The notes under the pieces are model-generated. The model had not been told where the DNA came from. It searched no databases and saw only the letters and a program-made list of their open reading frames with translations. A stretch of 42,488 bases of DNA, from positions 1 to 42,488 of the IMG/VR virus record IMGVR_UViG_3300033067_001565; one strand, written 5' to 3'. The position numbers and the translations under genes were made by a program. This stretch comes from a virus (taxonomy: Duplodnaviria; Caudoviricetes). This document shows, piece after piece, positions 7,611-17,255 of this stretch (position 1 is the first letter of the stretch; each line of letters starts with the position of its first letter).

Positions 7611-9200
7611 ATGTTCGTTCAAGGCTTGAAAGAGGGCGGTCCGGAAATGATGAAGGCTGCGCTCGCCAAAAACTTCGCGCTCTCGCGCAATCTCAATCAG
7701 TGGGATGACGTGAGCAAAATGGATGACCTGAAAAAGGCAGCCATGACCACGGGCGCAAATATCGTCGGCTATGACCTGCAGGCCCCGGCCCGCTTGCTCC
7801 TGCCGGTGATCACCCCGATCCGCAACAGCCTGCCGCGTCGCAGCCGCGCCGCTAACCCGGGCACCCAGAGCAACTGGAAAGTCATCAACGCCTCGGCGTT
7901 TGTGGATTCCGGGTACTCGCAGATGGGCTGGACCAACGAGGGCGCACGCGCACCTCAGTTCAGCTACTCGGCAGTCAACGCCTCGGCCGCTTACCAGACG
8001 ATCGGTGCGGAAGATGCGCTGACGTGGGAAGCTGAATCGGCATCGCAGGGCTTCGAGGATGCGAACGGTCTGGCGACCTTCCTCCTGCTCCAGCAGATGA
8101 TGATCAAGGAAGAAATGGCGCTGCTCGCTGGTAACTTCTCCGTTACCCTCGGCACCCCCGTCACCCCGACCGTATCGGCATCGGGCTCGGGCGCTACCCT
8201 TCCGGCTGCGACCTATGTGGTCTATGTGGTTGCCCTTACCGTGGAAGGCTACGCGCAATCCAGCGTGTCGCTCGCGGGTGTTGCTACCACGAAGACCATC
8301 GTCGGTCCGGATGGCAAAACCTCCACGATCAACGGCGGTTCTTCGGCTAAGTCGGCGGCTTCCGCTGGCCAAGCTGTAACCCTCGGCCAAACGCTCTTCG
8401 CTAACACCACCGTCATCAACGGCGCAGTGGCTTATGCGTGGTATGTCGGCACCGCGGGCAACGAAGTGCTGCAAGCCATCACCACGATCAACTCGGCCGC
8501 CTTCTCGGCTCCGCTGATCGCTGGCACGCAGGCTGCAACCTCCGTCACCACCGACCACTCGAAGAACAACGGCACGCTCGGTGGCGGCACCGGCCAAGTG
8601 ACTGCGTTCGATGGCCTGCTGTCGCAGACCTACACCGCAGCTGCTGGTGGTAACGCCTATGTGAAGGCGCTTCCGACCGGCACCCCCGGCACGGGCACCA
8701 AGCTCACCAGCACCACTAAGGGCTCCGTCACGGAGATCGACACCCTGCTGCTCTATCTGTGGCAGACGTGGCGCATCTCGCCGACGAAGATGTGGGTGAA
8801 CGCGCAGGAACTCAACAGCCTGACGACCCTCTGCTTGAACACCTCATCGGCTCCGCTGCTGCAGGTTCTTTCGGATGGCAAAGGCCTCGAGATCGGTGCA
8901 AACCAAGTGCTCCGCTTCTACAACAACTTCTTCGCAATGGGCGGCCAGCCCGTGAAGATTCCCGTGCTTCTGCACCCGCAGATCCCGCCTGGCACGATCT
9001 TCTTCCAGTGCGAGACGTTGCCGTCGACCTACGTCACCAACGAAACGCCGAACGTGGCAGAAGTGCTTACTCGTCGCGATTACTACCGCGTCGACTGGCC
9101 CGTCACCACGCGCGAACGTCAATATGGGGTTTATAGCGAAGAAGTGCTCGCAGTTTACGCTCCCTTCGGCTTCGCGATCCTCACCAACATCGCGCCGTAA
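7611..9200 (+). CDS. Major capsid protein with an inserted beta-rich domain
   Basis: Strong AAGGAGG RBS, biased codon use, YDLQAPARLLLPVITPIRNSLPR and YGVYSEEVLAVYAP; followed by a terminator. Confidence 0.85.
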   Translation: MFVQGLKEGGPEMMKAALAKNFALSRNLNQWDDVSKMDDLKKAAMTTGANIVGYDLQAPARLLLPVITPIRNSLPRRSRAANPGTQSNWKVINASAFVDSGYSQMGWTNEGARAPQFSYSAVNASAAYQTIGAEDALTWEAESASQGFEDANGLATFLLLQQMMIKEEMALLAGNFSVTLGTPVTPTVSASGSGATLPAATYVVYVVALTVEGYAQSSVSLAGVATTKTIVGPDGKTSTINGGSSAKSAASAGQAVTLGQTLFANTTVINGAVAYAWYVGTAGNEVLQAITTINSAAFSAPLIAGTQAATSVTTDHSKNNGTLGGGTGQVTAFDGLLSQTYTAAAGGNAYVKALPTGTPGTGTKLTSTTKGSVTEIDTLLLYLWQTWRISPTKMWVNAQELNSLTTLCLNTSSAPLLQVLSDGKGLEIGANQVLRFYNNFFAMGGQPVKIPVLLHPQIPPGTIFFQCETLPSTYVTNETPNVAEVLTRRDYYRVDWPVTTRERQYGVYSEEVLAVYAPFGFAILTNIAP

Positions 9201-9221
9201 GCGATCTGGTAGGACTGCACT

Positions 9222-9260
9222 AAAAAAGGGGGGCGCTCACTCGCGGAGCGTCCCTCTTTT
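9222..9260 (+). terminator. Intrinsic terminator after the capsid gene (possibly bidirectional)
   Basis: AAAAAAGGGGGGCGCTC-actcgcg-GAGCGTCCCTCTTTT hairpin. Confidence 0.85.
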
Positions 9261-9321
9261 CATAAGATGCGAGATAGGCTATACCTGAAGCCCCAACCCT
9301 TTAACTGAAACGGAGCATCCC

Positions 9322-10191
9322 ATGACAAACACGCCTATCCTCGTCGCTATGATCCACAACGACGCGACCAGCGCGACCGTCGATTCGGTCGTTTATCTGC
9401 CCAACGACAAGGGCATCTTCGAAATCCCGCAGGATAAGGCTGACCAGCTTATCCCACATGGCTTCCGCTTCCCGGAAGTGGAAGGTGAAGCGCACCCTGA
9501 AACCGAGCCCGCGCCCTCGCAAATCGAGCCGCTCGCGCCGCGTGATAACCCGGATGTGGTAAGCCCGCAGGAAGCGCATGACGCTGGCCAGCAACAAGCG
9601 CCGCAGCTGCCGGCGGATGAACCCGCTCTTTCGACCGCTGTGCCCGTTGAGGCGAACAGCACCACGATCGTGGAAGTGATGGGCGACGGTCAGGCTTTGC
9701 ACGACACGGGCGAGCCTGTAGCCCCAAACGCCGCATCCGAAATCTCGGACCCGGCTTCGCCTGCCGATGTCCCTGTCACCGAGCCCGCTCCGGCTGCTTC
9801 GCCTGCGGCTGCTGAGATAACCGCACCCGCCGATGCATCAGCACCTACTGCCCCGTCTGTGGAAACGGCTGCTGATGTGGCCGATGCGAACGCCGCAGCT
9901 GCTGCCTCCCCCGCGCTCGATGCCGTGACCACCGCGCCGGATTCGCTGGCCGAGAAGTCGGATGGCATTGCACCCGACACCGCGCTTGTCGAAATCGCCG
10001 GCCTCAACGGCTCGAGCATTCAGCCCTCCACCTTCGATCTGGCGGACGGCACCACGCTGCAGCTGGGCGTCGTGATCGCCAAGGCCTTCCAAAGCACCGG
10101 AGCGACCGTTGAAGAATGGAACGCGCTCGATGATGCGACCCGCGAAGGCTTCATCGCCGAAGTCGTCAAAGGCCTGCCCCTGAAGGCGTAA
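9322..10191 (+). CDS. Acidic Ala/Pro-rich protein, probably virion-associated
   Basis: GGAG RBS; two small folded-looking ends joined by a low-complexity linker; lies between capsid and adaptor genes. Confidence 0.75.
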   Translation: MTNTPILVAMIHNDATSATVDSVVYLPNDKGIFEIPQDKADQLIPHGFRFPEVEGEAHPETEPAPSQIEPLAPRDNPDVVSPQEAHDAGQQQAPQLPADEPALSTAVPVEANSTTIVEVMGDGQALHDTGEPVAPNAASEISDPASPADVPVTEPAPAASPAAAEITAPADASAPTAPSVETAADVADANAAAAASPALDAVTTAPDSLAEKSDGIAPDTALVEIAGLNGSSIQPSTFDLADGTTLQLGVVIAKAFQSTGATVEEWNALDDATREGFIAEVVKGLPLKA

Positions 10192-10216
10192 ACAAACTGG
10201 GAAGGATACCGCGAGG

Positions 10217-11023
10217 ATGGAGCAGCTCACCACGCTGAAAGCCTTGAAAGAATGGCTCGGGGATGGAAATTCAACCACCAACGATGCCCTCTACACGAGG
10301 CTCATTGAGCAGGCGAGCCGCTTCATCCTAAATTATATCCAATGCCAGACGCTTTTTAAAACCGCCGTTACCGAGCCGCGCGATGGCTTCGGCGGCCAGT
10401 CGATGATCCTGAGCCAGTTCCCCGTCGCCACCGTGAACAGCGTCAACATCGATGGCGTGAATATCCCGGCCGCAGCGAGCGTCAATTCTTCGGGCTATCG
10501 CTCGGATATATGGAACGTCGCGAACCCTCCCGCGCCGCAGGCTGTCGTGCTCAACGGCTATGCCTTCAACCGCGGCCTCGCGAACGTCGTCTTCAATTAC
10601 ATCTATGGCTTCTTCATCACCGACGAGCCGCAGACCGTGCCCAGCAGCGATCTCTATAACGTCAATGTCAGCGCCCCGTATGGCAACTGGGGGCGCGATG
10701 ATGGCGTGAAGCTGGCGAACGGCACCGTCCTCACCAAAGTCGCGAAGAACCCTGCCGCGCTTCAGTATTGCATCGTCGATGGCACCTATCAGTTCAATGC
10801 CGCTCAGGCGGGCGCTGCCGTGCTGATCAGCTATAGCTACGTGCCGGCGGATATCGAGCAGTGCTGCATCGAGCTTGCCGGTGAGCGCTTCCGCTACAGC
10901 AAGCGCATCGGCCAGCAGAGCAACAGCAGCGCCGGCCAGATCACCACGAGCTTTTCGCTGAAGGCCATGCCGGATTACGTGAAAGAGATCCTCGACCTCT
11001 ATGTCTCGAATATCTATATATGA
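10217..11023 (+). CDS. Head-tail connector/adaptor (gp6/gp15-like) with an inserted module
   Basis: LTTLKALKEWL, DALYTRLIEQASRFILNY, VPADIEQCCIELA and MPDYVKEILDLY motifs. Confidence 0.85.
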   Translation: MEQLTTLKALKEWLGDGNSTTNDALYTRLIEQASRFILNYIQCQTLFKTAVTEPRDGFGGQSMILSQFPVATVNSVNIDGVNIPAAASVNSSGYRSDIWNVANPPAPQAVVLNGYAFNRGLANVVFNYIYGFFITDEPQTVPSSDLYNVNVSAPYGNWGRDDGVKLANGTVLTKVAKNPAALQYCIVDGTYQFNAAQAGAAVLISYSYVPADIEQCCIELAGERFRYSKRIGQQSNSSAGQITTSFSLKAMPDYVKEILDLYVSNIYI

Positions 11024-11502
11024 TCAGCGTTAAAATAGACGATACCAAGCTGCAGGCCACCTTGAGCGCCATGCCCGCGAAGATCCGCGCGAGCGTCTAT
11101 AAAACCGTATTTTCGCTGGCCCTGCAGATGGAGCGCTATATCAAGCAGGATAAGCTGCAGGGGCAGGTGCTGAATCACCGATCGGGAAATCTGCAGCGCT
11201 CAATCCAGTCGCAAGTCATTCAGGGCGACACCTTCGTGCGTGGGCGCGTCTTCAGCTCGGGCGATGTGAAATACGCGGCCATCCATGAATATGGCGGCCG
11301 GATCCCGGCGCATATCATCTATCCGAAGAACGCCGAGGCGCTCAGCTTCATGATGAATGGCAAGCGCGTCTTCGCGAAATACGTCAACCACCCGGGATCG
11401 CAGATGCCAGAGCGCAGCTTCATGCGTAGCACCCTGCGTGACTTCCGCGGGCAGATCACCGAAGGGCTCGCCAAGGCCGTAGCTGATGCGGTGAAGATAT
11501 GA
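11020..11502 (+). CDS. Neck / tail-completion protein (HK97 gp10-like)
   Basis: RSGNLQRSI, VKYAAIHEYGG and MPERSFMRSTL motifs. Confidence 0.8.
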   Translation: MISVKIDDTKLQATLSAMPAKIRASVYKTVFSLALQMERYIKQDKLQGQVLNHRSGNLQRSIQSQVIQGDTFVRGRVFSSGDVKYAAIHEYGGRIPAHIIYPKNAEALSFMMNGKRVFAKYVNHPGSQMPERSFMRSTLRDFRGQITEGLAKAVADAVKI

Positions 11503-11963
11503 CGCAGGTGGTAACACTTGAAAGCATCATGGTGGCGCTGGAAACGCTGCTCAAGCAGCTGACGACGAATAACTCCGGCTTCAAGGTGGTCAGCCGCCGC
11601 TTCAAAACGCCAGACCAGCTCGCCGACGGCCAGCTGCCCGGGCTTTATCTGCTGCAGGGACCCATCACCACCGTGCGCCAAGGCGGATCGCCGCCCATCC
11701 AGACGATGACGGTCTGGGCCTTTATCTATACCGATCCGGCCCCGAGCGACGTGCTGCCATCCACCACGCTCAACAAAGCGCTGACGGATTTCAACGCGGT
11801 GATCGCCCCCTCGCCGCAGTTCCCATTTCAGGATCAAACCTTGGGCGGCCTTGTTTCACGTTGCTGGATTGAGGGCGAAACGATATATGATAGTGGTGAG
11901 ATTCAGCCGCCGGGCATGGCCATTGTCCCGCTGCGAATTCTGATACCAACGCTTGCGCTTTAA
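11499..11963 (+). CDS. Tail terminator (probable)
   Basis: Position before the tail tube; QTLGGLVSRCWIEG motif. Confidence 0.65.
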   Translation: MTQVVTLESIMVALETLLKQLTTNNSGFKVVSRRFKTPDQLADGQLPGLYLLQGPITTVRQGGSPPIQTMTVWAFIYTDPAPSDVLPSTTLNKALTDFNAVIAPSPQFPFQDQTLGGLVSRCWIEGETIYDSGEIQPPGMAIVPLRILIPTLAL

Positions 11964-11973
11964 GGAGCACGCC

Positions 11974-12159
11974 ATGTCGAACGAGAAAGCCATCCTTGCA
12001 AAAGTCGATGTCGTCATCGAGCGCTCGTTCAATCACCTGACACCCGGCACGCCGGATTATGGCTACATGCAGCAGTTCAAGGCAGACTTGCGCGCCGAGC
12101 TGGGCATCACGCCGGATGCTGAACCAAAGCCGATCGTAAAGGTCGAAAAAGTAAATTAG
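11974..12159 (+). CDS. Hypothetical protein, 61 aa
   Basis: AAGGAG RBS before ATG 11974. Confidence 0.7.
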   Translation: MSNEKAILAKVDVVIERSFNHLTPGTPDYGYMQQFKADLRAELGITPDAEPKPIVKVEKVN

Positions 12160-12182
12160 ATTCATTTTAACGGGGGACCATC

Positions 12183-12917
12183 ATGACACAAGTGAACTTC
12201 GGATCCGGCACGCTCGTCGGCATTCCCAGCGGCGCAAACCCAACTCCGATCCAGTTCGGTGTGCTGCAATCGGTTGAACTCGATATCGGCTACACGCTGA
12301 AGGAACTCTATGGGCAGAACCAGTCGCCCGTAGCCGTTGCCCGCGCAGCGCAGAAGATCACCGGGAAGGCGGCATTCGCCAACATCTCGGCGGCGGCCTT
12401 CAACAGCATCTTCCTCGGCGCGACGCTCGCCACCGGCGGCCAGCTGCAGACCGTCAACGAGGCGGCCAGCATCCCGACCACGCCCTATCAAGTCACCGTC
12501 GCCAACTCGGCGAACTTCGTGCAGGACATGGGCGTATTCTTCGCGGCCACCGGCCAGCAGCTCACCCGCGTCGCGTCGGCACCAGCCACCGGCCAGTATA
12601 GCGTCGCAGCGGGCGTTTATACCTTCGCCGCGGCTGATACCACCAAGGGCGTGCTGATCAACTACACCTACACGGCCGCCACGGGTGCGAACAAGATCAC
12701 CATCGGCAACCCGCTGATGGGCGCAGGTCCGACCTTCCAAGTAAACCTCGCGAACACCTACAACAGCAAGGTGATCAACTTCCAGCTGAACGCCTGCACC
12801 GCGAACAAGCTCAACCTGCCCTTCAAAAACCAAGACTTCGTTATTCCCAACTTGGAATTTGAAGCTTATGCTGATGCCTCCAACACTGTCGGGATCATCA
12901 CGACGACCGACCTCTAA
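12183..12917 (+). CDS. Major tail tube protein with an inserted module
   Basis: FGSGTL, FGVLQSVELDI, KELYGQNQSPVAVAR and FVIPNLEFEAYAD; located before the chaperone and tape measure genes. Confidence 0.82.
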   Translation: MTQVNFGSGTLVGIPSGANPTPIQFGVLQSVELDIGYTLKELYGQNQSPVAVARAAQKITGKAAFANISAAAFNSIFLGATLATGGQLQTVNEAASIPTTPYQVTVANSANFVQDMGVFFAATGQQLTRVASAPATGQYSVAAGVYTFAAADTTKGVLINYTYTAATGANKITIGNPLMGAGPTFQVNLANTYNSKVINFQLNACTANKLNLPFKNQDFVIPNLEFEAYADASNTVGIITTTDL

Positions 12918-12931
12918 GGAAGGCCTAGCAC

Positions 12932-13408
12932 ATGAGCAACACGCAAACCATCACCCTCGGCGATCGCTCCTTCGAAATACCGGAGCTGCCGCTGGGGGTG
13001 ATGCGGAAGATCTGGCCGATCAGCGCTCGCATGTCCCTGCGCGCGAAGGCGGCCAAAGCGACCGGCGACCAGCTCGAGCTCGTGAAAGCCACCAGCAGCC
13101 CGGACAATATCGACGACGCGATCGAGATCGTCTTTTTGGGCATCAGCTTCGGCACGCCCAGCTTCAAGCGCGAGGAGCTCGATAATATCATCTGCGACCT
13201 CAACGAGATCATCATCGCTGCGCTGATTGTTTCCATGCAGGCGGGCGGCAAGAAAGAGGGCGACAAGCCTGCGGGGGAGCCCCTGCTGGAGGTGGCGACA
13301 CCTCCGATCCAGCAGAGCCAGATTGGGATCGAATCATCGCCGATATCTGCTGCGACACCGGATGGAAGTGGGACCACGTCGAGTGGACCGTCACCGCTCG
13401 AAAACTAA
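12932..13408 (+). CDS. Tail assembly chaperone (gpG-like)
   Basis: Lies between tail tube and tape measure; AAGGAAGG RBS. Confidence 0.75.
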   Translation: MSNTQTITLGDRSFEIPELPLGVMRKIWPISARMSLRAKAAKATGDQLELVKATSSPDNIDDAIEIVFLGISFGTPSFKREELDNIICDLNEIIIAALIVSMQAGGKKEGDKPAGEPLLEVATPPIQQSQIGIESSPISAATPDGSGTTSSGPSPLEN

Positions 13409-13563
13409 GCGCCTTAAATGCATGCTGGCGCGAAAACCCTCCTTTGCGTATTCTAGGGCGTATGTTTACGGGCTATAAAGGCCCGACGGAAAAACAGGCC
13501 GAATCCGACGCTGGCATGCAGGAACTGCTGACACGCTTCGAGGATGGCCTGATCAAGGGATAA
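13273..13563 (+). CDS. -1 frameshift extension of the tail chaperone (gpGT-like)
   Basis: The -1 frame is open 13186-13563 (DWDRIIADICCDTGWKWDHVEW...WRENPPL...FEDGLIKG*) with no ATG before the conserved-looking part. G GGG GAG lies at 13273-13279. Confidence 0.7.
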   Translation, partial: GGAPAGGGDTSDPAEPDWDRIIADICCDTGWKWDHVEWTVTARKLSALNACWRENPPLRILGRMFTGYKGPTEKQAESDAGMQELLTRFEDGLIKG

Positions 13564-13581
13564 CGGGGTCGGGGGGCACCA

Positions 13582-15741
13582 GTGTCGGATGAAAACAATG
13601 TTCAGGTAACATTCGGCGCGGACACAGGCAAAGCCGAAGGCGGAATCAATACCATCAAAAGCCGCTTGGGTGATCTATCAGAGGTCGCCACCAAAGCCTT
13701 CGAAGCGAACCAGATCATCGAGTTCGGTGAAAGGCTGGAGGAGCTCGGCCACAAGGTGATCGAGTTTGCCGAGAAATACGCCCAGATGGGTGAAGATGTT
13801 TCCCGGGCGACGAAGATCCTCGGCATGTCATCCGATGAGTTCCAGAAGTTCGCCTTCGCCGTGAAGATGACGGGCGGCTCGGCCGATACCGCCGTGCAGT
13901 CGATGACGCGCTTCGAGAAGAATATCGGCGACGCGGCGCGCGGCGCAGGCGAGGCAGCCCCCTACTTCAAGAATATCGGAATCTCGCTTGCCGACCTGAA
14001 GAACAGCTCGCCCGACCAGATCATGATGAAGGTGGCGGATGCCTTCCACAATAGCGCCGACGGCGTGGAAAAAACCAACATCGCGCTCGCGATCGGCGGC
14101 CGCGGCTTCGCCCAGATGATTCCCGTGCTCGATCAGGGCAGCCAAGGTCTCGAGCATTTCAACGAGCTGCTGAAAGAAACCGGCGACGAGCTCACCGGGC
14201 GGCAGGTTGAGGCCTTCGAGCAAAGCGACGAGAAGCTGAAACTGATGAGCAGCGCGTTCGAGGGCGTGGGCATCACCATGTTCGACGCATTTCGGCCGGC
14301 GATCGATAGTGTCGTGGACGGGGTCACATCGCTCATCGAGGGCTTCAACGATTCACTAAAGCCCGGCGGCGATCTGCGCGAGGTGCTGCAGGGCATCATC
14401 CTTGTGCTGGATCTCTGCATTCACAGCATCGACCTCATCATTCAATCCATACGCACATTCGTCGATGTGACGCTCTATGGCATCGAGCTGATCGATATCG
14501 CATGGGATACGCTCGGGCGCGTGATGGATGACGTGCTGTCGGGTAAATGGAGCAAGATCGATGCCGATTATAACGCGGGCCTGAAGCGCCTCGAAGAATC
14601 CACCGAGAAGTCGATGGATCGCATCAAAAAGCACTGGCAGGGCTTCAACGAGCGCGGGAAGAACATGGGCGAAGGCCTTGCGAATTTCGGCGGCGAGGGT
14701 GAAGGCGAGGGCAACGGCGGGAAGCCGAAGCCCAAGCTTAAGCCTCCGCAGGATCCGAACGCGCTGAAAGAAGCGGCGCAGGAAGCCATCAAGATCAAGC
14801 AGCAAGAAATCGAGATGAAGCGCAAGCTAGATGATCTCGATCTGGCAAACCAGAAGAACGCGCTCGATGCTGGCGTGAAGATGGGCCTCATCACCGAGGA
14901 GCAGAAGTTCGCGATGCTGCAGGATTTCGCGAACAAGGAATATCAGATCGATTTGCAGGCTTTGAATGAAGAGATGCAGGTGAACGGCCTGAAGAAATCC
15001 CAATATCAGAAGCTACTCAACGACAAACTGATCCTCGAAAAGAAGCACCAGAATGATATCGCCGCCATCCAGCGTCAGGCGCAGATCGCCGAGATGCAGC
15101 GCTACCAGCAAGTCTTCCACACGATCGACAGCTCGTTCAAGAGCATGATTCAGGGCGTGCTGCAGGGCACGCAGACATGGAATCAAGCGCTGACTAATAT
15201 GTTCAGCAACATCCTCGTCAGCTTCGCAGGCATGCTGGAAGAGATGGCGATGAAGTGGCTCGAGAACCAGATCATGATGGCGATCTTCGGGCAGACCGAG
15301 GCCATGAGCATCATCGCGGGCCATGCCGCCGAGGGTGCTGCGGCCGCCTATGCCTCGACCGCTGCCATCCCGATCGTCGGCCCAGCCATGGCCCCGGGCG
15401 CGGCTGCGCTGGCGTATGCCAATATCCAAGCCTTCCAAGGCCTCGCCTCGTATGACGTGGGCACCAACTTCGTCGAGAAAGATCAGGTCGCGAAAATCCA
15501 CGAGGGCGAGCGCGTGATGACGAAGGGCGAGAACCAGATATTCACCAACGTAATGCGGCAGGCGCAGGATCCGACAAACAAGCCTTCGGCATCGGAGGGC
15601 GATATCCACCTGCATGTCCACGCGATCGATGCCGCTGGCGTTAAAAAGTTCTTCATGAATAATAAACACGTCGTCGCGGGCGCGGTGCGATCGGCCGCCC
15701 GTAACGGCGACAGCAGCTTCAACCACTTGATGAAGGCGTGA
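13582..15741 (+). CDS. Tape measure protein, 719 aa
   Basis: Long helical, Ala/Gly-rich protein; AAIPIVGPAMAPGAAA and YDVGTNFVEKDQVAKIHEGERVM C-terminal motifs. Confidence 0.9.
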   Translation: MSDENNVQVTFGADTGKAEGGINTIKSRLGDLSEVATKAFEANQIIEFGERLEELGHKVIEFAEKYAQMGEDVSRATKILGMSSDEFQKFAFAVKMTGGSADTAVQSMTRFEKNIGDAARGAGEAAPYFKNIGISLADLKNSSPDQIMMKVADAFHNSADGVEKTNIALAIGGRGFAQMIPVLDQGSQGLEHFNELLKETGDELTGRQVEAFEQSDEKLKLMSSAFEGVGITMFDAFRPAIDSVVDGVTSLIEGFNDSLKPGGDLREVLQGIILVLDLCIHSIDLIIQSIRTFVDVTLYGIELIDIAWDTLGRVMDDVLSGKWSKIDADYNAGLKRLEESTEKSMDRIKKHWQGFNERGKNMGEGLANFGGEGEGEGNGGKPKPKLKPPQDPNALKEAAQEAIKIKQQEIEMKRKLDDLDLANQKNALDAGVKMGLITEEQKFAMLQDFANKEYQIDLQALNEEMQVNGLKKSQYQKLLNDKLILEKKHQNDIAAIQRQAQIAEMQRYQQVFHTIDSSFKSMIQGVLQGTQTWNQALTNMFSNILVSFAGMLEEMAMKWLENQIMMAIFGQTEAMSIIAGHAAEGAAAAYASTAAIPIVGPAMAPGAAALAYANIQAFQGLASYDVGTNFVEKDQVAKIHEGERVMTKGENQIFTNVMRQAQDPTNKPSASEGDIHLHVHAIDAAGVKKFFMNNKHVVAGAVRSAARNGDSSFNHLMKA

Positions 15742-15744
15742 CGC

Positions 15745-16374
15745 ATGTCCAGCTCCGTGTTTCCCACATTGCCCGGCCTCGAGTTCCCCGTTCAGCGCAC
15801 GCCGATGTGGCGCAACCAGCGGCAGGACAGCTTCGGTGGCCTGCAGACATCGGTCGCTTACTGGTCGTATCCTAAATGGGCATGGGAATTGAGCTACAGC
15901 GTGCTGCGCGAGGGCACCTTTGGGATAGGTAGCTTCACCGAGCTGACGCAGCTCCTTGGCCTATTTCAATCGATGCGCGGGGGGTACGATTCCTTTCTCT
16001 ACACCGACGCGGATGACAATGCCGTGGTGGATCAGGTGCTGGGCATCGGCGATGGGGTCACAAAAGACTTCCAGCTCGTGCGTTCCTATGCCAACTTTAT
16101 CGAGCCGATGTTCGCGCCAAATACCGTCACCAACGTGAAAGACAACGGAGGCATCGTCAGTGGCGCGAACTACACCGTCAACGCATGGGGATCCGCGAAG
16201 CCCGGCGTGATCAGCTTCGTCACCGCTCCGGCAAGCGGCCATGCCATCACCGCCACTTTCTCGTTCTACTTCCCGTGCCGCTTCGATGATGATAGCATGA
16301 CTTTTGAAAAGTTCCTGAACCAGATGTTCGCGAATAAAAGCGTGAAATTCACCAGCATCAAGCTCGGGGTGTAA
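15745..16374 (+). CDS. Distal tail protein, DUF2460 (GTA-like)
   Basis: FPTLPGL, LLGLFQSMRGGYDSFLY, GIGDGVTKDFQL and FYFPCRFDDD motifs. Confidence 0.88.
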   Translation: MSSSVFPTLPGLEFPVQRTPMWRNQRQDSFGGLQTSVAYWSYPKWAWELSYSVLREGTFGIGSFTELTQLLGLFQSMRGGYDSFLYTDADDNAVVDQVLGIGDGVTKDFQLVRSYANFIEPMFAPNTVTNVKDNGGIVSGANYTVNAWGSAKPGVISFVTAPASGHAITATFSFYFPCRFDDDSMTFEKFLNQMFANKSVKFTSIKLGV

Positions 16375-17255
16375 TGAAGCCAGTCAGCCCTGCATTGCTC
16401 GCCCTGCTCGCGACCCGGCAGTTCTACCGGGTGACGCTTTACACCTTCCAGCTGGTGGGCGGTGGCGTGCTGCGGTACTGCTCGGGCGATCGCTCCATCA
16501 CCTATCTGGGAAACACCTTCTCCGCCGGCGGAGCGACCGGTCCTTATTTCGAGCTCGACGGCGAGAAATCCATGGCGCACTGGAAGGCCGGCCTCGAGGT
16601 CGATACTTTCGACGTGAGCGTTGCGCCGGGGACGGGCACGGTGAGCGGTCTGAGTTTCTTCAACGCCATCAAGCAGGGCTTATTCGACGGCGCGGATGTG
16701 ACGGTGGAGCGTCTTTATATGCCGACCTATGGCGACACATCGCCCGGCTCGATCGTGTTATTCAACGGCACGATCACCGCCATCAACCCAGCCGGCGCGA
16801 GCCGCTTCACCATGACGCTCAGTTCGTGGATCGAGCGCCTTAACATGAATTTCCCGCGCAACCTCTATCAGCAAAACTGCATCAACACGCTGGGCGATCC
16901 GGCATGCGGCATCGATCTCAGCGCCTTTGCCGTGCCCGGCGTGGTGCTCGCGGGCGGCGATGCGGGCCTGATCTATGCCTCCTTCCCGCAGGCCAGCGGA
17001 TATTTCACCGCCGGCAAGATCGTCATGACTTCCGGCGCGAATAACGGGCAGGCGCGCGGAATCCGCACCTTCACCGGTGGCAACTCTTCGAACTTCCAGC
17101 TGCTGGTGCCGCTGCCGGTCGCCCCGGCCCCGGGCGATACTTTCACCGCATACCCGGGCTGCGACAAGACGATCGGCACCTGCTTCCAGCGTTTCAATAA
17201 CCTCGCGCGCTTCCGCGGCATGCCCTTCATCCCCGAGAACACGACGGCGGCGTAA
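16374..17255 (+). CDS. Tail tip/hub protein, DUF2163 / BR0599 (lambda gpL-like, four Cys)
   Basis: YQQNCINTLGDPACG...GCDKTIGTCFQRFNNLARFRGMPFIP. Confidence 0.9.
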   Translation: MKPVSPALLALLATRQFYRVTLYTFQLVGGGVLRYCSGDRSITYLGNTFSAGGATGPYFELDGEKSMAHWKAGLEVDTFDVSVAPGTGTVSGLSFFNAIKQGLFDGADVTVERLYMPTYGDTSPGSIVLFNGTITAINPAGASRFTMTLSSWIERLNMNFPRNLYQQNCINTLGDPACGIDLSAFAVPGVVLAGGDAGLIYASFPQASGYFTAGKIVMTSGANNGQARGIRTFTGGNSSNFQLLVPLPVAPAPGDTFTAYPGCDKTIGTCFQRFNNLARFRGMPFIPENTTAA

